A DNA stretch of 63,656 bases, filler included, from Vannella sp. (lineage: Eukaryota), in the NCBI GenBank assembly GCA_023345925.1. It is 6 parts of 6 records of this genome, joined end to end, with 100 filler letters (N's around TTAATTAATTAA, not from the genome) between each part and the next. Parts side by side here need not be neighbours in the genome. Positions count along the whole stretch, not along the records: positions 37,616 to 47,833 come from JAJQQN010000126.1; 5 more parts are not named here. One strand, given 5' to 3'. Both the position numbers and the translations under genes were made by a program. This document shows positions 38,316 to 47,933 of this stretch, one piece after another. How positions within the stretch are numbered: position 1 is the first letter of the stretch; every line of letters begins with the position of its first letter. Below the pieces are notes generated by a model. The model was not told the origin of the DNA. It searched no databases and saw only the letters and a list, made by a program, of their open reading frames with translations.

Positions 38316-39602
38316 TTATGTGATAATTAGGAAAGTGTCGTGGTCTAATGGGTGAATTGCGGTGGTCTCGCAGTCCTCACAAAGATTAAAGTCAAGGCAA
38401 TGGGCACATTGGAATCGGATGCCGACAATGTCCTTTTGACATTGGGAACAAGAATCATCGTGCACCTTCTGGTTTCTTTTAGCTCTGGTAATGTCCTGTG
38501 CAGTGACACGGGCGTTGAATAGTCCAGCATCGATGACAGGGCGGTAAGGAGCAGCTGCTGACCAATCAAATCCTCTCCCACATCCGCGCTGATCGTTACC
38601 TCCGTGAAAGTTCTTTCCGCATACCATGGCATCACATCCATTCAGCTTTTCGACAACAGTCTGGCAATGGGGACAGTGGCGAGTGTGGGCTGCCTTCCAT
38701 TCTTCGTCCTTCCTCAAATCTTCCAGACGTGCGTTTGCTTCTTGTTGGCGGATCTGATGAGCAGCTCGCTCAGCTTCTCCTTTGTAGCTTTGGCGATCAG
38801 CAGCCTTCCACTGGTTCCAGGCAAGCCTGGCCGCTTCCAATTCTGTGCAACCACCGTAGTAATGGTACTTCTCTCCACACCTGGAGCATAAGCATCCATG
38901 GCACCTGTTGCATTCGATAATGTCAGACTCTTTGTCGGTGTCCAAGATGTTCCAGCTACCACAGCCGGGATAGGGACAGTCACGGCCCCTGGTTCCGATT
39001 TTAGCGATTCTCACATCATGAGTGTAGAACTTAGTGAGGACGTTGTCATCGTGCCTCATATCTGCGATGAGATGGATCTCCTCGTGGGTGAGGGGAGCGG
39101 TGCATTCCTGGTCAGGGCAGGTCAAATGGGCTCCTTCTTGCGCTTGGCTCCTCACTTGGCGCTCCAGGCAAGTGTAACAGAAGGAGTGACCGCATGAAAG
39201 AACGCACATGTGAAGACAAGAGAAGTTCTCGAGGCAAATAGAGCATTCTTGGTCTTCACTGTAGGTCTCGTGATAAAGCCTAAGTCTCTCGTTCTCTTCT
39301 TCTATGAAGCGATACACAGCTAGCTGATTTTCATAATCCATGTCGGATGAATTGGATCCTGGAGGGGTGCAGGAGGAAGAAGTTGCACTAGAAAAGCGTT
39401 TCTGAGGTGGCATTTGAGTCTTCAGCTTGTTGTAGGCTAACTTGAGTTGAACAGTTCCTAATCCAAACATTGTGCATGATTGCACGAACTCTTCTTGGGA
39501 CAAATCTCTCACCAAAGTCTGTTGGTCAATACCCGCAAAGTACTCCGCCACTGCCACCCCAACGTTCGCTTCAAACCACCTAGACAGAGTTTTGGCGTCC
39601 AT
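38316..39602 (-). CDS. RBR E3 ubiquitin ligase with C-terminal ZZ finger
   Basis: RING1 CSICL..CGHSFCYTC..CP, IBR CPYPGC..CNRC..CSRC..H, RING2 CPHC..EKLNGCDAMVC..GCG..FDW, and ZZ CSQC..RFQCAHC.DFNLCEDC. Confidence 0.88.
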   Translation of the reverse strand: MDAKTLSRWFEANVGVAVAEYFAGIDQQTLVRDLSQEEFVQSCTMFGLGTVQLKLAYNKLKTQMPPQKRFSSATSSSCTPPGSNSSDMDYENQLAVYRFIEEENERLRLYHETYSEDQECSICLENFSCLHMCVLSCGHSFCYTCLERQVRSQAQEGAHLTCPDQECTAPLTHEEIHLIADMRHDDNVLTKFYTHDVRIAKIGTRGRDCPYPGCGSWNILDTDKESDIIECNRCHGCLCSRCGEKYHYYGGCTELEAARLAWNQWKAADRQSYKGEAERAAHQIRQQEANARLEDLRKDEEWKAAHTRHCPHCQTVVEKLNGCDAMVCGKNFHGGNDQRGCGRGFDWSAAAPYRPVIDAGLFNARVTAQDITRAKRNQKVHDDSCSQCQKDIVGIRFQCAHCLDFNLCEDCETTAIHPLDHDTFLIIT

Positions 39603-40188
39603 TAGGTAGGGGCGTGTATGAAATGGGTTGTTCTCTTAGCTTGCTTCAATTCCACTTTAACACTTCCCCCCTCAGATCCCCTCCTTTGATTCCCCCTTCA
39701 GAGCTTCGTTTGAGGTTAAGAAACACGTCTGAACTCAGTTTATTCTGCTTTTTATCAGTCACTTGCAGCTAGGACTCTCCTGGGCACTCTTCAACCAAAA
39801 ATGATCATGACTGAGCCTGAACCGTTGTTTGAGAGAAACTCAGTGTGGCAGGGCAAATTGAATTGGTGGAAACCTGGCATCTGCTCCAAGTTATCTAACT
39901 TGTCGAGCTACTGATCACATTCTAGCCTTTCATATGTCTGCATTTATTGCGTCTGCGCGCGGGTTGACCAGACTGCCACCCTGGAGGCTTCATCGAGAAT
40001 GAACAATTCTGTTTGGTGTTAGAATAATGACCCGTAGTTCTCTGGTTCAACCAACTGAGTCCCTCAAGAGTTGAGCTATTTATAGGCAGCGCTATTTTTA
40101 GACTGTTTCGCCGAAATAGATCATTCCATCGAGTCCATTCATTTGCTCCAGTATCCAATCATTTCAGAGACGCCTTCAAGGAGAGTGC

Positions 40189-40719
40189 ATGACTGAATAC
40201 TATCTCGCTGTTTTTGGAGCTGATGGAGTTGGCAGGAGTTCCTTGATACGGCAATTCATTCAAAACCGCTACTCGGTTTCTACTCGACAGTGGTTTACGA
40301 TAGATGGTGAGCGTTGTATCGCACGTGTAACCGATCTCCCAAATGATTACCCCTTACCTTTGCGAGAACAAGTCCTCCACATTTCACAAGGGTACCTGTG
40401 CATTTACTCTGTCAGCTCTCGCTCCTCATACGACGAAGTCATGTCTCTTCGGGAGGAAATACGATGCAAAGTGGGCGAAAAGAGACCAATTGTAATTGTG
40501 GGAAACAAATGTGATTTGGACGAGGACAGAGAAGTGACTTTGACCGAGGGAGAGAATCTAGCTGCTTTGTACGGGTGCCCAATGTTTGAATCATCTGCCA
40601 AAAACTCTATCAACATCGAGGAGCCCTTTTTTGAGCTGATCCGAGAGATCCGAAAGAACCAACTCATCGAGAACGACATTCAGAAAAGGAGAAATGGCAC
40701 CTGGTGCTCTCTTTTCTGA
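40189..40719 (+). CDS. Highly divergent Ras-family small GTPase
   Basis: MTEY start, GADGVGRS P-loop, VGNKCDL, ESSAK and CAAX box CSLF; switch I missing and DTAGQ replaced. Confidence 0.85.
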   Translation: MTEYYLAVFGADGVGRSSLIRQFIQNRYSVSTRQWFTIDGERCIARVTDLPNDYPLPLREQVLHISQGYLCIYSVSSRSSYDEVMSLREEIRCKVGEKRPIVIVGNKCDLDEDREVTLTEGENLAALYGCPMFESSAKNSINIEEPFFELIREIRKNQLIENDIQKRRNGTWCSLF

Positions 40720-40842
40720 AGTTACCTTTCGTTGAGCTCAATCAGATCGACCAATCAAAAGAAGAACACGTTAGGAGATAATTTTAATGACGCTCCACAT
40801 GGCCTCCAGCGCACTTACTCTTGGGATTGGAATGACGGACTC

Positions 40843-42537
40843 TCAGTTGTAGTACCCCAATTGGTCCCAAAAATCGCACTGCAACGATATGAATAAAGTT
40901 CAGGGTAAAGAGAATGATATAGATACCTTTTGAGAGTTATAGTTAGACGTTGTGGTGATCGGGATAGAAAAAGAAATGCTTGAATTGCTCTCTCGATCGT
41001 ACGTTGGCCAAATAGGGAGGCCAATAAAGGGTGCAGTATCAATGCCACGAGCAATGTTAATCCAATACTGCTGAAGATCTAAGCTGAACCGATTCTCGGC
41101 TTTTGTGAAGATCTCACCCACAAAACTTTCCGAGTGGAATACAAACGTCAGTTCAGCCGAGTGGCATGAACAATCATTGCATAGAGGATGGTTTTTTGGA
41201 TCAACAGGATCTGTTGGGACGTGAAGAAAGTGATAGAGACGAGAACGAGATTCTCCATTACTTGCTTTCGGAACGCTTTCACCGAAACTGAGCGCTGCTA
41301 GTCGATTTGGGCAATCAAAAAGCCAATCAGTTGCCGCAATAGAGAGCTGTGAACAATGAGAATGAGAATCCCCTTCTGTATGGGAGGACCTTACCAGGTT
41401 GTGGTTATCTTGCCCTCGAACAGGAGGATACTGTTTGAGTACCTTGCTCGCATTATTCGCAAAATAGGCTCTTACAATGGCTTGATATTCGTCATAATCA
41501 ATTGGAGGAGAGGGAACGAACTCCATAGAATCGTTGCGAGTGGTCCCAAAAGCTGCCAGCTGCAGATCTTGATTGAATTGACCACTTTTGATCATTTCCA
41601 TGGGCTGATTGGGAATGAGATCTCCGTCAATGACAGGATAGAAAGGAAGGAGCATTGTCGAATTGAGTGGCAACGCAAAGTCCAAACATCTCTGCTGGGT
41701 ATTTACAATCTCCTCCCAGCTTGCACCCTTCATACAATCGATGTCATCGGCTGCACAGTCCAAGAACTTGGCCAGCTGCGCCCCTTGAACGAGAGCTTGT
41801 TGAGAAGTTCGATAGTTCAATCCAATCGGATTGCTCTCCAGAATGGCTCTCTGAAACAGGCCGGAGCTTGATGGTGAGAGCATATGTAAGAGAGTGCTCA
41901 TCGCCCCTGCACTCTGCCCAAAGAGTGTCACTCTCTTGGGATCTCCTCCAAACGCCGCGATGTTCTTCTGGACCCAGGAGAGAGCCAGCTGCTGGTCCAG
42001 CAGCCCAAAGTTACCCTTGGGTGTTTGAGGGCTTACTAGATAGCCCAATGCTCCCAGGCGGTAGTTGATGGTGACAACAACGGTGTCGGAGGATCGATTG
42101 ACCAAGTAGTCGCCGTAGAACGTTGGGTCTCCTCCCCAGCCTGCAATGAAAGATCCTCCGTGGATAAAGACCATGACAGGAAGCTCTGCAGAAGCCTGTA
42201 CGGAAGGAGTGAAGACATTGAGCTGCAAGCAGTCTTCCGAGAGAGGGACTGTCAAGTAGGGCGGACTGCTGACGTCCCCAGCAGCCTGTGGACAAGCAGC
42301 AACATACGATGTTGCATTGTAAACTCTGGGAGACCACGGCAGAGCAGGCTGCGGGGCGGTCCAACGCAAGGAACCAACAGGAGGAACTGCATACGGGATG
42401 CTGCGGAACTTAAAGAGTCCATCCGCCTGCTCTCCAAGTACTCTCCCCAATGGCGTATTCACCAAGATCCCATTCGCCTCCGCATGAGCGCACAACAGCG
42501 CCAACAAGCTCAACACGACCCAAAGCCGACCGTCCAT
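40843..42537 (-). CDS. Secreted type-B carboxylesterase/cholinesterase-like (3 exons)
   Basis: Signal peptide, SEDCL, FIHGGSF, NYRLG, FGQSAG and CHSAEL; the last exon encodes CDFWD. Confidence 0.93.
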
Positions 42538-42729
42538 CGATCAAATGACTTTCCCCCTCTCACCTCTCTGTGCGGGTCTGGTTCACTGCAGTTTGAAAGT
42601 CTTCGCAACGATTGGTTCCCTCCTTGGGTTTGGGAACTTGTGCTCCATTCTTTGCTGGGGCCGTGTGCACTTCATGCCCGTTCTCACTTTGGCTCTTCTT
42701 GAGGAGAGAGCAGGACGAGACACTGTAGT

Positions 42730-44262
42730 GTAAGGTTCTTTCTGCTTTCGAGGTACTTCTGGTAGAGATCTTAGTTGGCTGGGCCCTGATCACAGAGACT
42801 TGTATGGCAAGCTGGATGGCGGGACCATTCCAGAAGGTATCAGTAACCTGGTCAACCTGACTATGTTGTAAGGAGTAGTCACATCCACTCTATAGCTCCC
42901 AGTAGTTGACAGGCGATCTGACTTGGATGGGACCTTGTGATCACAGAGACTTGTCTGAGAACCAGCTCAGCGGGCCATCCCAGAAGGTATCAGCAACCTG
43001 GTCAATCTGACACGTTTGTAAGGAGCACTACCATCCACTCTCTGGCTTCCAAGCTTGTTGACAGGCGATCTGACTTGGAAGGGACCTTTTGATCAGAGAT
43101 GTTCGGGAACCAGCTGAGCGGGCCCATCCCAGAAGGTATCAGTAACCTGATCAATCTGACAAGTCTGTAAGGAGCAATCCCATCTACTTGCTGGCTTCAA
43201 TGCTGGTAAACAGGTCTGACTTGGCTGCGCTATTGATCACAGAAACTTGAACCTGAACGAGCTGAGCGGGCCCATTCCTGAGGGTATCAGTAACCTGGTC
43301 AACTTGACTTTCTTGTAAGGAGCAATCCCATCCACTTTGTGGCTTCCTTGCTCCCCTGCAGACGATCTGACTTGGATGCGCCTATTGATCACAGAGAGTT
43401 GAATGAGAACCAGCTGAGCGGGCCCATTCCAGAGGGAATCAGCAACCTGGTCAAGTTGGAGACTTTGTAAGGAGCAATCCCAACTTCTCTCTCGCTTCAA
43501 AGCACGTCAACATGCGATCTGATTCGGTTGATCACAGAGACTTGTCTATGAACCAGCTGAGAGGGCCCATTCCCAGCGGAATCAGCGTCCTGATCAACCT
43601 GACTGACTTGTATGGAGAAATCACACTCACTTTCTGGCTTCCATGCTCCCGACAGGCAATCTGACTTGGAAGGGCCTTTGATCACAGAATCTTGTACGAG
43701 AACCAGCTCAGTGGGCCCATTCCAGAGGGTATCAGCAACCTAGTCAATCTGAGTATAATGTAAGGAGAAGTCCCATCCTCTTTCTGGCTTCAAAGCTTGT
43801 CAACATGCGGTCTGTTGGCTGAGCCTTTGATCATAGATTCTTGGCTGATAACCAGCTGAGCGGGCCCATCCCACAAGGCATCAGCAACCTGATCAAACTG
43901 AAAATGTTGTGAGGAGAAATCCCATCCACTCACCAGCTTCCATACTCCCTAACTGGCGATCTGACTTGTGATAACAGATTTCTCGAACAAAACCAGCTCA
44001 GCGGACCCACTCCAGAGGGTTTTAGTGTCCTGGTCAATCTGACATCAATGTAGGTAACAACCCCACCCACTTTCTGGCTGTACTTCTGGTCTGGGATCTG
44101 ATTTGGCCTTTGATCACAGAGACTTGGACCAGCAGATGAGCGGTCCCAAGCCAGAAGGCGGCAGTTTCTTGGTCCACCTTTAGATGTAAGGACCAAACCC
44201 ATCCACTTTCTGGCTTCAATTTCAATGCGATCTGACTTGGCTGGGCTTTTCCGTTCAAATAG
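42730..44262 (+). repeat. Tandem array of ten single-LRR exons (24 aa each) with conserved introns; period about 140-152 nt
   Basis: Exons 42796-42867, 42947-43017 (71 nt), 43097-43166 (70 nt), 43243-43314, 43395-43466, 43538-43609, 43688-43759, 43837-43908, 43978-44049 and 44120-44185 (66 nt, stop). They encode xLxxNQLSGPIPEGISNLVNLxxL and are flanked by AG acceptors (mostly GATCACAG) and GTAAGG-type donors. Confidence 0.93.
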
Positions 44263-44530
44263 TCCCACTTCAGAGCAACCTTTACTATGTCGCAAGAAAC
44301 AATTTAGCAATAGGGTCTTGTTGCCAAGGCATCTGATTGGCCAGAAGAATGAAGGATTGAATTCTCATCGGCAGAACTAGTGGAAAACACTCGTTGTTGA
44401 ACTGGGCAGGAGAATTTGGCCTGTACAACTCAAAGTTGGAATGATGATCAACAGTTTATTGAACAGTAGAAAGGGCCTGCATTGAACAGGGTGCTAGAAT
44501 GGATGCTGCCAGAAAATGGGTCTGAGCGGA

Positions 44531-46970
44531 CTAAGACCACATTTCTGTTCTCCTGTTGCTCTCTTCTAGCATGTCAACCATCTCGAACGCTGAATCCTCT
44601 GCAAGAGCTTCTTTGCGTCTGTTTGAGCGAAGCTTCCTCCGGTAAACAATCCATCCGACAGCGAGGAGGACGGAGATAATGAAGAGTGAGACAATGATTG
44701 TGAGAGTGTAGTTGCGCTGAGGCTTGTCCTGTCCTCTGGAACCAGTGGCAGTGAAGGGTCGGTCAAAGCCTTGGATCTGCTGCACGGGATGGGAAACCAG
44801 TCGAAGGTCTGCTTCAATCGTGTGGTAGTTTTGGACGATAAATGGATTGTTTTGCATGAGAAGCACATCTTCCACGCATGATTGGTTTAACATTGTGAGT
44901 GCTTGTCTATCGCAGCTCACAACTGCCCAATGCTGACAGGAGGAGCTGAATTGCTCAACCGTTGGAGTTGAAATAGGGTCCCCAATAAAGGTGTCGACTG
45001 ACTGACCTTCTGAATACTGGAACAGTGATTCCATAGAAGAAACCTGCCAAGAACTGGCAACCTCTTGAATTTCTGCCTCTGTTGCAGTCGACAAATCGAG
45101 GGATTCCCCACTTGCAGAGGTCAATGAAGACCTCATTCCATTTCCAAACAGTCCTTGTGCATCTTTACAAGTGTCCTGATGCAAGTTTGTGACTACAGAG
45201 AGGAAAGCTGCAATGCGGTGGGGAATCCTGTGAGAGTTATCAAAGTCATTGGACAGGAGATAGCGAAGGTAGATAGTGATCTCGCCTTGTTCTACGTGCA
45301 CATGATAAGCTGAAGCTTGGACAGATTGCCTGAGTCCATAAATCTCCGACTCCTGTTTCTTGGATGCTTTTGTAGTTTCAATTGTCTCAGCAGTTGGACT
45401 GGGGAGTGGTGAGGGTGAAACTGAAGATGTTGAACTTGGTGGTTCACCATTTGAGTAGGGCACTACACTAAGGTAATCTGTGCGAGTAATAACTCCTACA
45501 TTCGGGATGAACAGAGCTGAGGATGATTCCATGCCCACGCCTTCGTCTTCGTTTTGAGGTACCTCATTCAGGTAAACCACTGGGCTACTCGAATTGAAAG
45601 TTTTCTTCACCCAGCCGTCAGCTCCTGCTTCATTAAGTTGAAAAGACACTGCTTTCGAATGAGCATGAAACAAGTTAAGATATCTCCAACTCACCAACAA
45701 CAGAATTATCCAGCGTTAAACCCACTCCTGAGATGAGAGTACCGCCATTCTCTCCGGCCAATACATGCCGCGTCTGAATTGATATTTCAGGGCCCTTTGG
45801 ACAATCAGTTAGTATTGATTGAGAGAGGTTTCAAACATACCAGCATGGCAGAATATTCTCCTGGCGTTTGGAATGAGTAGAGCTCATCTGTGAGGGTCTT
45901 GAATCGAGGGTCACCAAAGGCACCAACGTTGCAAGAGCGTTGGAAAACGGAAGCTGCTGCTTTAGGGAGGAACGAAACAACCAAATCGTCCACCCAAGCT
46001 GCTCCAGTGTGTTCGCGAAGAATTACAGTGACATTAATCGAGGCTACTGGGCGCGTCAGAGGAATCACTCGATCTGAATACATCCAATCATGAGTTCCAG
46101 TGGTAAATGGGAGCACCTGTCCAAAAAGGCTGGTTCCGTCCTCATACTGAATGTCCAATAAAACTCCAAAGTTATCATCCGGAGTACCAGTCAGCTCGTA
46201 TGTCTTTGACCACCCACCAACATATAAGGCAGTAGCTGGAGAGTTCAATTCACTTTTTGGAATGGATTGCGAAGCACCTTGAAGGGAGTAAATGTACTCA
46301 TCCATCCTGCTTGTCACAAGAAAGATGGAACTCGTAAACGAGTCCGTCTCCATTACCCTGGGGAGGTCTGGCATGTATCCAAGGCCGACTGGCTTCCACT
46401 CAGGAAGGAATCCCAACCCGTTTCCATTGAACGAAGGGTTCTTCAGAAGGTTTCCCCCAGCATTGGAGACTACTGGGGTCACTGGAGAAGTATTCACAAG
46501 GAGAATTCTCTGGTCGCATTGAGATACACCGAGTTGGTTTTCAGATGCCACCAGAGCGCCATTCCCACAAGGTGAGAGGGTTCTAGGGGCGAGAGAAACG
46601 CCGTTCTCTAAGACCAAACAAGCAGTTCCCCAAGGAAATGCCGCCTAGGGGCGATTAAACAGGAAAGAATGACTCCTTGAGGCGGCTTACCACTGCGATC
46701 CGGTGCTCCGGATTGGTTGACGAAGCAACGACCCAGCCTGATTCGACATCTGGAGAAGATAGAGGAGTCTTCTGACATCCAAAGCTCATGGACTCTGGGT
46801 CAGAGTCATCCAAAAGAGCAAACTCAAAGCTGCCAACGACGCGCTTGTTCACTACCGCCAGAAGTTCAGTCACCCCTCTCTTCTCTTCCCATCTTCAACC
46901 TACTTGGGATCTCCCAAGCAAAGCTCACCAGGGCCAAGACTACAAGTAGCCCCAACGACAACCGGTGCAT
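44531..46970 (-). CDS. Type I membrane protein with carbohydrate-binding-like and VWD-like domains (multi-exon)
   Basis: Signal MHRLSLGLLVVLALVSFA, NLLKNPSF...AWVDDL (CBM4/9-like), GAFGDPRFKT..YSFQ.PGEY (VWD start), and C-terminal TM followed by RRK. Confidence 0.7.
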
Positions 46971-47066
46971 CCAAGAATGTCCCATTTCACCTCAGCCCTT
47001 TTACATTTCCCTTCATTTCACCCTCACATTTCACCCTTTCATTTCACCTTTCGTGGTTTGTGGTTG

Positions 47067-47720
47067 TCACTTTGGCTTGCTTTTGCGCATCACTTGGAGA
47101 GCCTCCATTTGGGCATGGGACTCTTTGTGGAAGGGAAGTTGCTCCATACGTTCAACCCAAAGAAGAAGATTGGGATAGCGAGAAAGGTCAAAGAGCTCAA
47201 AGACTTTGAGTTGATCGACCTCGCAGTAGCAGGAAAGGTCTGCAATGGTAGGAGTGGTAGTACCTGCGAGGAACTGGTCTTTCCCAAGCCAGAGGTCAAG
47301 CTTCTCCAGAACTCCGAGGATCTTCTCCTCCGCAGCTTGAGCTGACTTTCCAGCGAACATGACTGGGCGTAGGAACTCCATAGTCAACAGACGAGTGTTG
47401 GAGCCGTGCCAGAAGAGGTACTGGAGGACCTTGGCCCGAGTCTGAAGTTGAGTGGGGAACCACTCATTCAACGCATACTTTTCGCACAGGTACTGCAAGA
47501 TGGCTCCGCTTTCACCAAGAATCAAGTCTGCTTTGGTATCGTGAAGAGTTGGCACCAATCCATTAGGACTGATAGCCTGGAACTCGGCAGTCTTGTGTTC
47601 TCCTTTCATGAGGTCCAGCGACCTGAATTCGTGTGGGAGATCATTCATCAAACACAGCCAGCCAACAGCCCGGCTGGGCTGAGAGATCCAATTGCCGTAT
47701 ACGATAAGTTCCTTCTGCAT
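47067..47720 (-). CDS. Glutathione S-transferase, theta class
   Basis: SQPSRAV, GEHKT.EF, PNGLVPTL, ESGAILQYL and TIADL. Confidence 0.92.
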   Translation of the reverse strand: MQKELIVYGNWISQPSRAVGWLCLMNDLPHEFRSLDLMKGEHKTAEFQAISPNGLVPTLHDTKADLILGESGAILQYLCEKYALNEWFPTQLQTRAKVLQYLFWHGSNTRLLTMEFLRPVMFAGKSAQAAEEKILGVLEKLDLWLGKDQFLAGTTTPTIADLSCYCEVDQLKVFELFDLSRYPNLLLWVERMEQLPFHKESHAQMEALQVMRKSKPK

Positions 47721-47833
47721 CCTCTGCTGACGAAAAAGTGTCAACGCGGTCATCAGGAATATAACACATGAAGTTTCCGATTCCACGATTATTTTGTATT
47801 TATTTATATTGAGGTAAATGGCTGTCATTTAAT

Positions 47834-47933
47834 NNNNNNNNNNNNNNNNNNNNNNNNNNNNNNNNNNNNNNNNNNNNTTAATTAATTAANNNNNNNNNNN
47901 NNNNNNNNNNNNNNNNNNNNNNNNNNNNNNNNN
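47834..47933. other. Artificial contig linker
   Basis: N44-TTAATTAATTAA-N44. Confidence 0.97.

Noticed and set aside
42730..44262. Regularly spaced repeats as a CRISPR array or satellite
   Set aside because: The units are about 145 nt, translate as LRRs between canonical splice sites, have no unique spacers, and there are no cas genes in this eukaryotic context.
43237..44310. Minus-strand ORFs over the LRR array
   Set aside because: They are antisense shadows of the plus-strand exon/intron repeats and have no recognisable motifs.
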